Origin: Lama glama
Taxonomy: Eukaryota
DNA: 64,000 nt
Reading direction: 5' to 3'
Assembly (NCBI GenBank): GCA_028534125.1
Contig: CM052818.1
Coordinates: forward strand, 30,506,001-30,570,000
The notes under the pieces: generated by a model
Told to the model about the DNA's origin: nothing
Database searches by the model: none
The model's input: the letters and a program-made list of their open reading frames with translations, nothing else
Shown: positions 26,626-39,189 of the stretch, one piece after another
Layout of the letters: every line of letters starts with the position of its first letter
How positions within the stretch are numbered: the stretch's first letter is position 1
Translations under genes and position numbers: made by a program

Positions 26626-27244
26626 TGGCTAATCTGAAGGCCAAGTGCCCACAGAGGGAGAGAGAGAGAGAAGGAGGACGGGGAGGTGGGGAGAGAGATA
26701 TGGAGATGTCTGAGGAAAAAGATGGGACTCCAAAGGTGGAGGGACTTTCAGGAAGATCAGAGAAAGCATCTGTTCAACTGATAGTGCAGAAACTCAGGAA
26801 AGGGTACTTGGAATCAGGTAGGGGAATGTCTACCTGAGGAAGCAGACAGCCAGGGACTCTGGTGAAAGGATTAAATGGACAGAGAGGCCAAGCAATAGAC
26901 CTCTCAGGTCCTGAAGGCACTTGAGGAGACCCAACAAAAAGAGAAAGGAGGTGCTGAGGATCTCACCAGACCACAGAGGAGCCTGGCAGAGACCCTTTGA
27001 CTGGGGTATCTGGAAACTTGACCGAGGGTGCAACTGAGATATGGGTAATGGGGACTTTGATGCCCAGGATGTTGTGCTAGCTAAGCCACATTTTAACCAG
27101 CTTTCTGTTATTGTAAGATGCAGAAACTGTGTTCAATTAACTTATTTAGCATTTTGGAAGATATTAAAAATTTCCCTTTTTCCTTGGCAGATAAAAAAAT
27201 TATAGTCGTTGCCAAAGTTAAAATTGTGAGGAGGAGCCATTTGG

Positions 27245-27790
27245 TCAGTGTTCCTTAAATTCGGATACACATCAGAATTAACCAGCTGGTCTGGGGTGGA
27301 GTCTGGCAGCTGCAGTTTTGAGAAGGCCTCACATGATTTTGGCATTTACCAAAAACCTTGGGAAACACTTCTCTCTCAATGCTTCTCATTCTTTAGTGGA
27401 AGTATAAATGATCTGTGGATCTTGTTAAAGTGCAGATTCTGAAAGTCTGATATGGGCCTGAGATTCTGAGTTTCTAACAAGCTGAGGACTCGTTTTGAAT
27501 AGCAAGACTGAGACAAGACACCAACATCCAGGGGAAAACGCAGGAAATCCTGGAATGTTTGCAAGAGGAAATGAGGAGTGGGAGAGTTGGGAAGAGCTCT
27601 TTTCCTCTGTCTTATGTGTAGGCAACTCAGCTTAATGCAGAATCACCTGAGACACACAGGCAGTTATAAGGTCTTGGATTCCATCCTCGACTTACTGAAT
27701 CAGAGTATCCAGGGAAGGGTTTTGGGAATTTGCATTTATTTTTATAGGCACCCTAAGTGATCTGTGTCATACGACAAGTTTAGGAAACAT
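27245..27790. mobile_element. Cluster of about three MER5-like MITEs
   Basis: Repeated MER5 motifs, including 'cttgttaaagtgcagattctga...gggcctgagattctgagtttctaacaagct' and 'cagaatcacctg...ttactgaatcaga...ggaatttgcatt'. Confidence 0.75.
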
Positions 27791-28440
27791 GGACGAGAAT
27801 GCTCAAGAAGAAGGACAATTTAAATCTAAGCTAGAACTTGCAATGGAAAACGGAAAGTTACGTGTGGTATCAGGGAGGTTTTCCTAGTCATCTGTAACTG
27901 TTTCATTGATTGCTGGAAGGAATTTTCCATTTTACTGAGGATTTAAGGGTTTACAAGCAAAATTCACGATGTTGTGTTTTATGGCTTCAAGTTCAGAAGA
28001 CAATAGGAAAACTTTGGAGATGAGGAAAAGTGGCATCAAAAAACTGGAACAAGATACCTGGGAAAATGTGAGTTCCTGAAAAGTGAGAGTTCCAGAAAGA
28101 ATAGTGTCCTTAGCAAAGGAGACATGAAATGCCTGCCACGTGTACTGTGAAGCCACTGAGACCTGGGTAAGCTTTGGATTTTCGTCGTGGTCTTTGGAAG
28201 TCAGTGTTAAACTTTAAACACCAGCGTTTAACACAGGAAAAATGGCTCCGGGCATGCTTTGCTAAGTTGAAAATCTTGATTAATGGGGGAGCCAATTTTA
28301 ATCATGTTGAGGGCCACAGAGATGTTTCTCATGGTGATCCTAAGAACGAGAATAAGGAGAAGTGAGGTTCTGTCTCAGAGAAGCTCATCTCCAAGCTCAG
28401 AATGGAGAGTTGGTCTCATGAGGAAACTTGACTTTGTAGT

Positions 28441-28580
28441 GGGGAGGGTAGAGCTCAAGCAGTAGAGCACATGCTTAGCATGCACAAGGTCCTGGGTTCA
28501 ATCCCCAGCACCTCCTCTAAAAATAAGTAAATAGACATAATTATCTCCCCCACCCCAAAAAATAAATAAAATAAATAAAA
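28441..28580 (+). mobile_element. Camelid tRNA-derived SINE (Vic-1-like)
   Basis: 'ggggagggtagagctcaagcagtagagcacatgcttagcatgcacaaggtcctgggttcaatccccagcacctcc' with A/B boxes and an A-rich tail. 'cttgactttg' flanks it on both sides (~28427-28436 and 28583-28592). Confidence 0.9.
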
Positions 28581-28684
28581 ACCTTGACTTTGGATCTTCT
28601 CAGGATACTTGGCTTAGCTCAGTAAAGCTCAGCTAATGGTGTAGACTCAACCTCAAGGTTTCCAAATATCCTTGTCATCTTCTA

Positions 28685-28985
28685 CTTTTTTTCCACAATT
28701 TTTTTTGTTGTGGTAAAATACAGAACAAAATTTACTATCAACCATTTTTAAGTGTGTAGTTCAGTGGTTTGTAAATACATTCATATTATTGTGCAACCAT
28801 TACCGTCACCGTCTCCAGACCTCTTCCTATCTTCCAAAACTGAAACTTTGGACTCATTAAACAGTAACTTCTCATTTCCTCCTCCTCCCAGCCCCTGGCA
28901 ACTAGCTTTTGACTTTCTGTCCTCTATGATTTTGACAACTCTGAGTAACTCCTGTAAGTGGAATTGTACAGTATTTGCCTTTGTG
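28685..28985 (-). mobile_element. L1MB-like 3' end
   Basis: 'gtggtaaaatacagaacaaaatttactatc...aagtgtgtagttcagtgg...tgtgcaaccat...cccagcccctggcaac'. Confidence 0.85.
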
Positions 28986-29344
28986 TGTCATCTTCCACTT
29001 TTAAAGCAGGGAACATTTGTCTTAAACCCCACATTCTCTCTCTGAGGCTTCCCCCTTCTCTCTCTCTCCTTTTCTCTCTGTTAATATCTATATTAATATA
29101 TATCATGCCCTCACATCCCCTTTGTCTTACCACTCTTTTCTTTCCCCATGTGCAAAACTTTTCAGAATGTTGATGCAAACCACATTTTTTGTCCTCATGA
29201 AACTGTCAGGGGTTGCAAATCTTAATGGATATTTTCTTAGCAGGATGTTAATATTTTAACAGAAACAAATTCTTAGCAAATAAATCTCAGACATTGTGAA
29301 TAAATGAAAGATACGTGTATTAGGGGGGAAGTATGGGGAGAGGT

Positions 29345-29682
29345 AAAAATTCAGATGCCCAGGCCACAGCCCAGACCTGTTAAATCAGAATCTTGGGTGG
29401 TGGGCTCTACACATTGGTGTTTTGCAAGTTTCTCCAGTGACTCCAAAGTGCGGCCAAGGTTGAGAGTCGCTGTGCAAAGTAAGCACTAAGACAGTGGCTC
29501 TCAGTCATGCCTGCACATTAAAATCAACTAGGGGGTGCTTTATAAGAAATGTCCAGTACCTGAGCCCTGTCTCAGACCAATTAAATCAGATCCTTGGGGG
29601 ATTAAAGGCTGGGCAGTGGTGTTGTTTTAAAAAACTTCGAGGTGATTCTGATGGATAGTCAGGGCTCAGAGCCACTGAACTA
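29345..29682. mobile_element. Two adjacent MER5-like MITEs
   Basis: 'cagatgcccaggccacagcccagacctgttaaatcagaatct...aggttgagagtcgctg' followed by 'cagtggctctca...ggtgattctgat...agagccactg'. Confidence 0.8.
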
Positions 29683-30109
29683 AGAGGTAGACATTCTGAG
29701 AAATTAACAATAAATCCATCACTGTGTTCTAAAGCAAGCCCCATCATTGAGTGTAATTGTTTCAACCTTAAAACAAAAAATAATTTTGATGCTTCACTTG
29801 TAGTTTCTGCTAATGGAAAAAAACAGAATGCTACCACAAAGCGAGGTGGTGAAAATAGTGTGATACTTGATTCCAAAGGAAATATGGGCAAGTAACAAAG
29901 ACTAGAGAACTTGGAAATAGGCCATATTTCATGTTAGAGTTTTAGAAGTTCTTACTACAAAAGTATTTGCATTTAGTGAGGATCATCTAAAGAACAGAAA
30001 TAAGCAAGTGGTAATGAAAGTGACCAGACATAACCATTCAATTTTTTGATATATATGTCTTTTATTCTATATTTCATTTCCATATTTCAATGCATCCATA
30101 TTGTACATA

Positions 30110-31300
30110 GTTATAAAGCACTTTATTGTGGAGAATCTTGAAAATATACAAAAGTGGCCTAAATAGTATAATGACATTCCATTTCCCAGTTATTTCACTT
30201 CTATAATTATCAGCCTGTGATCCATCTTGTTTTTCATAAACCCTCCTTCACTTCCCCCTGTCCTAAATTATTTTTTGAGCAAATCCAAGACATTATATCA
30301 CTTTATCCATAAATAGCTCAGTTTTTTCAGTTAATAAACTGTGAATATTTTTCCATGTCACTAAAAATTTCCCTATTACTTTATTTTTAATGGCTATATA
30401 GTATTTCATCATATAATTCCTTATTTATTTGGACAAGCCCCTATTGTTGGACATTAAAGTTGTTATTTCTAATATTTCATTAAAACAAACCTTTGATGAA
30501 TATCCTAGTTAATGTATCTTTGTGAACATTCTTGATTATTTAAGAAAATCAATTCTTAGAAGAGGCTCAAAAGTTTTGCATGTTTTAAACATTTTTGGAC
30601 ACATTTCATCAAATTGCCCTTCAGTAAATTTGTACCAATGTACTTAATTTTCATTCTTATTTCTAGTGAGAATAAACCATTCATAGAAAAAATTTTGAAT
30701 GTTTTTAGAGTAATATATGCATATGGTTATGAGTGACATTCCCTGTGCACAACTCCTCCCCACCTGCAGGCTCCCAGAGGCAACCAGTTCTTCTAGCTCT
30801 TTCTTCTGGTTGTTACTTCCATATTTCTAAATGATTCAATGTCTATTTCTTATTTTCCATTGTCTTTCTTTGGTGATAGTTGTGGATTTACATTTGAGTC
30901 CCCATGTTGTGTATTTATGTCACTCTTTTTTTTTAAGCTTCTCTATCATTGACTTATTAAACTTTTAATTTCTTGTTCCATTGACCAGAGACCATTCACT
31001 CCACATTTGCTTGGTTGTTGAATCTGAGATTTTTTGAGAAATCATTTTTCCTCAGAACTTTGTATAGATTGTTCCATTGTCTGCTGGCATTTAATATTGC
31101 TGATGAGAAATCCAGTATCATTTAAAAATTTGTTCCCTATTTGGTGACCTTTTTTGTTTGTTTTGTTTTCTTCTTCCTCTCACTCTGGACACTTTTAAGA
31201 TAATTTCTTTATCATTAGTGGGTTTTTTTTTTTTTTTTAATGAAGAGCCCTGAAGTTGATTTTTCCTTTCATTCTTCTGGCACTTAACAGCCCTTAGAGT
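30110..31300 (-). mobile_element. Old L1 (L1ME-like) fragments
   Basis: 'tttattgtggagaatcttgaaaatatacaaaagt...taatggctatatagtatttcat...ccctattgttggacattaaagttgtt...aaattgccctt'. Confidence 0.7.
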
Positions 31301-32189
31301 TCTGTGGAGCATGCAGGTTCTGTTTCTTCTGTAACTTTATCTCAGTTCCTCACATCTTTCTCCCATGGACACCTTTGCCTGATACCTTCTTTACCCTTTA
31401 CTTTTAGCCTCTCTGAGATAGGCATGAGTTGAGCAAGCAATCACTGTTTGTAAAATCGCCTGCTGGGGGGCGCTATAAAGCAGGTTAGGCACATGATCCC
31501 TATCTAAGTAACTTATACATTGTAACTGTATTATTTGGAGAAGTGCTGTAACATCATTAAGTCATCATTAAGTGGCCATGATAAAGGAGAAAATCTCTTT
31601 TACTGGAGATCAGAGAATACACCATATGAAGGTGACATTTGAGTTGGGGTATAGTAGCACGATGACTACATTTGATTCATGTATTTTCCATTGCCACAGT
31701 GGGTGATGTAGGGGCCAAGGGTTAATCATAACTAAATAAATTAAATTCTCAGAGAGACTCAGGAAATGTGATTTTTGTATTATTTCCTGATGTTCTGTAG
31801 TCTAGGACAGAACTTAATGAGAGGGTGGTTGACAATGCCAACAACTTTCTCAAATGTTAGATGTCATAAATGAGCTTTGAAAGTGGCTGCTTCTTACTCT
31901 ATCTCACATTAGCTGAAGCCTTCTGGCTACACACAATAGGCTCTGATTTGCTAAAAGTAACAGAGGATATAAGCACCAGTCCCATGGCTATCATAAAATA
32001 TAACTTACCAGACTCAAACTTCTACAGAGTAAGAAGAGATAGGATCTGAATGCAAATGAAACAGCACAAGGTGAGCTGAATCTTTATCCATTTCCTTTTA
32101 CAATTTAAAAATAATGTAAATGATGTTTATTTTTATTACAAAATGTTTGATACATAGGAGAATCTATGTAACATGGAGGTAAGTTACAA

Positions 32190-32631
32190 AGTGTGGATGT
32201 GTTTGGCAGTCTGGAAGCTCTCTGAACTACCTACTGTTGGGATTTTTATGGAGGCTTTCTCATGTGAGCATGATCAATGATTAAGTCCCGTTTCCAGTGC
32301 CTCTCTCCTCTCTAGAGGAGGGGGAGATGGAGCTGAAAATTCCAAGCTTCTAATCATGGCTTGGTCTTTTTGGTGATCAGCCCCATCAGGGAGCCATCCA
32401 AGAGCCCACCCTAGGTCACCTCATTAGAGCAAAAAATACTCCTAGTACGCTTCTCACTTTGGAATTTACAAGGGTTTCAGGAGCCCTGTGTCAGGGATCG
32501 GGTCAAAGACAGGTATTAGAACAATAGATGCTTCTAGTGTTCTTATCACTTAGGGAATTACAAAGCTTTTAGAAGCTCTGTGCCAGGAACCAGGGAAAGG
32601 GACCAGTATGTATATTTTCTATTATCTCACA
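32190..32631 (-). mobile_element. MER21-like LTR (partial)
   Basis: 'gggatttttatggaggctt...gctgaaaattccaagcttctaatcatggcttggtcttt...gctctgtgccaggaaccaggg...tattatctcaca'. Confidence 0.85.
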
Positions 32632-34901
32632 TCTGGTATATAATAATCACCCAATACATATTAGATCTTCTTCTTCTTAATCTTCTATTGTTATTATTAA
32701 TAATCCACCTAATTGGTATATTATTTTTTGTTATAGTTATTCTGTTCTACTTGATTGATGTTTAAAAAAACAGTTTAAACATTTGCTTTATAATGGAGTG
32801 GAAGATGTGTCCACAGATTACGTCACAGGTGGTTGGTGGGCTCATGCGCATTTGTTTCGTACGTATACACATTGTACACACACATCGATACTTTCACATG
32901 TATCAAATCTTACAAATACATCATTTAAAAAGTCAAGAATAGAGAGAGGCCTGTCTTTTGTGAACTTGGTGAAGATGATCAATCTAGAAATCTTAATTAG
33001 GAAATTCCTGCTCCTCTGTGGGGTGTGTTCAGGGAGATTGGGAGGAGCGCGTGGGAGGAGGTTTCTGCTTCTGAGTCAGAGTTAAGCAGCCTTGGTGGTG
33101 GCTGACTGCCACAGGTGAGGCCATGTAAGCCTTAGGTCGAGTGCTTGGGGCTTTGGGTCCAAATGACATGTGGAGTCAAAGGCTGATGTCACTTATCAAC
33201 AGGTCTCCCTCTCCATGTTGTGCCCACTACCTCCTGGAAAAATTCAAGGCCCTTTTTGGCCCCAGGGCTGCATTCTGGATCCCAGCTACCTGCTCAGAGA
33301 CACTTTCCTAACCACTTACAGACAAACAGGTAGGGGAGAACCCAAATTCCAAGGGAAGCAGAGAATCTTGAAATCTTGCAGCCTCCTTCTAGAACTGACT
33401 TCCGTCTGAAATGCTCTGTTTTCTTTCTTAAGTTAAAGCACTGGCAGCTTGATCTCTCACTTCCCCATGCTCCCCGCTGGCCCAGGTGGCTGCCGCGAGA
33501 ATGGCTTGCTCACGTCTCCTGCTGGAGCATAACTGACAGAAGGCCCGGCAGCGGCCCCTCAGGCCCCTAATGCTGCAGAGCTCACGTTTTCCGCAGGCTC
33601 CACCCGTGGATGGCAGGTTCGTGGTGGGGTTGCTAAAACCAGCCCATTCTGGGGAGATGCGGCTCTCCTCCACCCCGACTCTGGTTCAAGGATTCCCTGT
33701 TGACTTGGCCAAACCTTTCTCGGAACTGCTGTGTGGTCTGAAACTCTTCCTCCCCGGCCTTTGTCCTTCTGTCATTGCCAGGCTTGCATCTTGGCCGGAG
33801 GCTCACCTCACCTCCTCGGGCTCCTTCTCCTATTACTCTTGCGTTCCTAGTCCCATCTTGATGCCTGCTTCTTGGCAAACATGAATGAATGAGTGAAAGC
33901 AGCCCTCTTTTGCAGCACAGAGGCCTGTAGAAGCAACGTGAGTAGGATCAAGATATTCCCTCCAAAGTTTAGGTCTCTGAGATGCCTCAGTGTGGGGTAT
34001 ACTCACATACCCCCATGAACTCAGGTGGAGATAGCCTGGATTCCTGGGGACTTTATTATACCCCACTATGTACCTGAGATATAAAACTACCCCTCAACAC
34101 CCTATCAGAGTCAACCTTGAGACCAGAGGCTGGTGCTGGAGATGGAGTCATGAGCAGGTGTGGGAAGAAGCCAGGCAGGTGGAGCTCCATCTCTGGGGAG
34201 GCTGGGCATGGAGATCTGCCCAGAGAGAGGTTGGATGTACAGGTGGACAGACAGGGGAGTTCAGCAACTAGGCAGCATGCAGAGGTCTGTGCTGGTGGAA
34301 GGTGGCTGAAGTGAGGGATGTGACACACAGTTCCCTCACCCTCAGGGATGGGCTAAGCTGAGACTTTAATTTCAGTCACAGGGTCAATCCCTGATCCCAG
34401 GAGAAACCAGATGCAGGTCAGATGAGGAATGCTACTTGTGGTGTATCATTGGCCTTGCTGCACTAAGGCAGGTCTCCTTGCAGCCTCCTGACTTGGAAAG
34501 TTGAAATCAGAGGCCAGAGTTGAAGGGAACCTGAGAGGGGGTCAGGTGGAGAGAGGAGGGTGGGGTGCAGGAGCAGAGGGTCACTACAGGAGTGGAGAGG
34601 GGTGGCTGCTGGTTAGGCACCTGGCTGTGCTGTGAGCCACATGGTATCCGTGGGGGGCATTGTGGGGGTCACTGGGCAGGCTTGATCTGGGATGTGTGCT
34701 ACTTTGTGACTGTCATCAACCTAAGGTCTGTGTTTTGACAGGTGTGACAGGACTATGAACCTTTTCCAAAAAGTGCAATGATTGGTTCAATCAGCCTTCT
34801 AGCAGTGCTGTGAGCTGAAGAAGTTTGACAGGCCCCGGACAAATGTTGAAAGTCTCCAGTAATGATATTAATGGAAAATAAGGATATTTGAAAACTGACT
34901 G

Positions 34902-35420
34902 TGTAACAGAGAAGAACAAACCTGACTCCATATTGGATCCCTCCCTTTAGCTCTAACCCTTGTGCTCTGTTGCCTGTGCTTAGTCAAGCCGACTCTGCTC
35001 CCATGTTAAAGAATGCTGTCTATAGTCTGAAATACACATGATAGCTCACTCTCCAGCCTCTGTCTCCCAGGCTTAATCTTTAAAGGTATAACACTCTTCC
35101 ATTCATATAGAGATACAAAGTTTTAGTACAGAGAATAACTTTTGTCTTATTGGAGGCTTACAGGAACATTATGACCATGTGGACAACTGCAAGAACAAAA
35201 GATCATCACATCCCCTGTGAGGTCTGGCCAGCACCAAGAAGTTTGCAACAACCAGCCACCTCTCCTCCCCTTTTAGTATAAAAGAAGCCTGAATTCTAAC
35301 TTGAGTAAGATGGTTCTTGGTCTGCTGGCTTTCCAAATAAAGTCACTATTCTTTGCCTCAACACCAATAAATGTATTGGCCTGTTGTTTGGCAAGCAGTA
35401 TGAGCTCAGACCTGGTAACA
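34902..35420 (+). mobile_element. ERV1 solo LTR (MER41-like)
   Basis: Termini TGTAACA...GGTAACA, start 'cctgactccatattgga', TATAAAA at 35277-35283 and AATAAA at 35336-35341. Confidence 0.8.
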
Positions 35421-36189
35421 GTTGCCTTCTTTAGCCTTTAATTCTGATTTTCTTTCCAAATACATCTTTAACCCAAACTACTACGAATGGGAAACTGACA
35501 TGTGAGCGTCTTCCTGGACTCAGCTTAACAAGGGTACATATAGCTGGAAATCTCTAGAGGGGAGGAAGGAGTTGGCACACCTTTGTAACACAGATGCTGT
35601 GTCAATCCCCAAATATACAGAGCTGGCTGAGGAGCAGCAGAACTGATGTAGGGATTGAAAAAATAATTCCAGGTGGCACATAGATGCCAGCGGTGGGCAG
35701 TCAAGCCAGCAGCCACAGCAGGCCAGAGAATGGAGAAGTGGGTGGTTGGGAATTCAAAAGGAACTGTATCAACTGCTGTTTCTCAGATTTGACTCTGGGA
35801 TAAGCACTCCTTCAGGGTTTGGGGGGTGTAGGTGCTAGTTACATATTCCGATTCCCAGGTCTTTCTCCAGACTTGCTGCTTTGTAATCTCCAGATGATGG
35901 CTTGGGTGTTTTTAACAAGCATGATTAGGAAACACTGGCACAGAGGAAAGTGCATCCTAAATCAGGGGATTTGGCCCATTAACCTAATCCTCTATTGGCC
36001 TTCTGCTGAAAATGTTTGCTTTGATTTTTGTCTGGTGAATTCCATCCATGCTATGTTTGCAGACTCCTTGATAACATGTGGGGAACTTACTTGGTGGAAA
36101 CACAGAACATCATAACTCAACATGACCCTTTAAAGAGTCATGGAGGAGGACATCAAGTACCAATTCTTTTCTGGATATCGTGCCGGGCA

Positions 36190-36545
36190 TTTTTACATGC
36201 ATTGCCTCATTGATTTCCCCACAGCAACTTCAGGTAGGTAATATTCATTCCTTTTTCAGGGGAGAAAAACAAGCTCACATAGGTTAAGTAACTTCTCCCA
36301 ACTTATGCATTTAAAAGGGGGCAGAGTTAAGATTTATTTGAGCACTCTTGGGTTGGGTTAACTCTTGGGTTAGGTTAACCCTAACCTTTCCTTGAGAAAA
36401 GAAAGATTACACTGCCCTTGAGAGCAGCAAGATACTTCATTTTGGGGAGAAAGAAACTGAAGCATGGAGGCATGAAGTGACTTGCTGCAAGTCACACGGA
36501 GGGTTATGGTAGGTCCAGGATATGACTCCAGGACCCCTAGGTTCT
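36190..36545 (-). mobile_element. Two MIR fragments
   Basis: 'cattgcctcattgatttccccacagcaac...ggttaagtaacttctccca' and 'gaaactgaagcatggag...aagtgacttgctgcaagtcacac'. Confidence 0.7.
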
Positions 36546-37129
36546 GTTCTGGGGCCCTTTTTATGAAGCCACGCAGATGTCTGACTGTGGTAGGAAACCA
36601 CGATCCTGTGAGCCCCACTGAGGTCTCTGGCAGAGTTCACGCCAGCAAAGTGACCTCTGAGGAGGTCTGCACTGTGGACCGTGTTATGCACTTCTTGGCC
36701 AGACTCACTGACCAAACTCAAGCCTGCATCTCTCTGCCAAGATCTCAGAACTTTATATTATCTGTCTTTTGTTTGCTATTTCCCATACATGAGAACAACT
36801 AAGAAAATTCCATCAGAGCAAATGTTTTAAGAGGCAGCTTTTTAAGATGAGCTTTTTAAAAAAGTTTCCCTTGATATAGAAGTCAGGTTTTTTGTTTCAA
36901 TGGTTGCCTGTGAAAATGAACCTTGTACTCATTAATAAAGCAAAAGAGGAAGGTGGGGGCAGAGAATGTGGAGAGGTGGCCACAGATGACAAATGAAGCA
37001 AGGGCTTGTGTTCTTTGACCTGGTAAACAAAAGCGACTTCCTCTGGGTCATGGTTTGTGCCCAGCAGCCTTAGGACACCAGGGCAAGGGCCGCGTAGCAT
37101 GGACCTGCACATACCCTTCCCTGCTCCTC

Positions 37130-37510
37130 AGCCCAACTCCACAGCCTTTCTGTTCTGGGAATACACTCTGAGCTTTCCTCTTTCTACTTCTCTCATGAAG
37201 TCACCTCTGCCAGGGCTGTGCTTTTTGATTTCCTCTCTGATCAATTCCCTTTCCTTCTCTAAATCCAAGTTCAAATTCTGTTGCCTTCAAAAACATTTTT
37301 TCATCCTTCATGTGAAGATAACTGCTTTTCCAATACAGACCTTCCAGTGCTTGGCATCTTATACTGTGCCACTAAATGTTGCCCCATTTTGCATTGCCTT
37401 CAGTTTCTGTCTTAGCTGCAGGATCCCTAAGGGCAGGGAATCCTGTCTTTCTTATCCTGTCCTCTCCCGGTGCCTTGCACAGTGCCTTTGCAGGGCAACA
37501 TCAACGATTA
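37130..37510 (+). mobile_element. L2 3' fragment
   Basis: 'aagggcagggaatcctgtctttcttatcctgtcctctcccggtgccttgcacagtgcct'. Confidence 0.6.
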
Positions 37511-39189
37511 AGGCTCACCGTACAGAACCCCCACGACTGGATGTCCAAACAGGGGGCCAGCATTAAAAACACCAGGATGGCCTTCCAGCACCTAATTTCT
37601 GAGTGCCTTCTATCTGAAGAATCTTACAGTTACTCTCCTCACAGCCCTCAACTTCTTCCCTTCTTTCTATGGCTCTGCTTGGGGGAGAACACTTTCATCT
37701 AGGAGTCATTTTAGAGCACATGGCTGGGTGTTGGGGCATAAAGAAATCTGTTTCTTTCTTGGTCAAGAGCCATGTGCAATTTGGAAGGGTACTTCCTGTC
37801 CTCTGTTGGCTTCAGGCTGCTGGGACCTGGTTTTCACTGGGGTTAAAGGATAACTGTGTATTTCTGCTCCTGAAGCTGGAGAACTGGCCCACTTGAAGAG
37901 GACGCAAAGATAACAGAAGGAAGCCCCAGGAAGAAGAGGAAGGGAGGGTCTCTGAGGGGAGGGCTAGCTGCTCCCCCAGCCCTCCTCCCCAGGATATCAG
38001 AAACCTTAAAGGAGTCCTCAGGAAGATGGTTGCAATGGGCTGTGAAGAAACTGAAAGGAATTCAAGAGAAGTTTGAGGGCAGACTATGATAAAGGAGCTG
38101 ACACCATAGTGGTTGTCAGAAAAGAGATGGTTTGGAGCAACTGAAACTGCAGGCTGGTAGTCAAAGATTTGCTAATTCTTAGAGTGGAAAGTGGTGCAGC
38201 CGCTGAGATTGCCTTCAAAGGGAGTCACTGGGACCCAGGCAGAAAAGGCTTGACTTTCCAAGAGGCTGAGAGGACTCATGAGAACATTAAGGCTTTGGAC
38301 CGAAGGGTGACTTGGAAAAGAGAAATGCTGTATAAGGTTATAACCCTGAACTCTGAATTTACCTGCTTTCAAAGTGGGTTTTACACTCAGTAATTTCCTA
38401 ACAAAGCTATCACTTTCAGACTGAACAAGCTGATTGCTGGAAGAAGCATGATGAAGGGAGAACTGAGGGAGGGAACACCCTGCAACTTTCACTGATGCAG
38501 ACAGAAAGTCATCCAAGGAGGTGAAGGGACTTCAGGGCTTTCTGCATCTTGTCTGTGGGTGGGCGGCATCAGGGACAGAGCCAGCTGTGTTGGAGTTGAG
38601 ACAAGCTGGGACCTGGGATGCTTGACTGGAATGCTTGCACCTAGACAAAAGTCTTCTCGAGTAACACAATACAAAGACGCTATGCGGGGCAAATTAGGAA
38701 CAGTAAGATAGGAAAAGGCCAAAACCCAACTTCTGCTTCTGAGGTGCCTGCTGGGAGCAAAAGCAGGGCACTACGCATGAGCCCTGCACTGGGCACCGCC
38801 AAGGGGGTGGGCAGGCCACCTAAGCCACCCCTCCAGCCCAACCCACACATGCATCCCAACCCTCACCCCAGTTAGGGGTCCAGCTTGCTCCTCTCTGCCC
38901 CCTCCCCTCAAGAAGCAAGCAAGGGAACCTGTTATTTTCTCTTCCAGGAAAGCCTTGTCCAAATGCCTTGTCTGGCCTCCTACCAATTTTACTGATTAAA
39001 GAGTCCAAGAACCTGCGTGGTAACAGAATGAGTTGGGCTCTTTAGGATTTGAACTGGAACTGTTACCCGCTCTCCTGACTTGGTCCCCAACAAGAGTCCT
39101 TCTGCCTGGTGTCGTTGGAGCCAAGAGCATGGGACAGAATTCAGTTCAGAAGCTAAAGAATTTTACCCTTTGATCAAAGGATAGAGAGG

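Noticed and set aside
28441..28520. tRNA-like sequence with A/B boxes
   Set aside because: It has an A-rich tail, a TSD and a second diverged copy at 62962-63099, so it is a SINE rather than a tRNA gene.
37057..37566. 169-aa ORF
   Set aside because: It overlaps an L2 remnant and has no recognisable domain.
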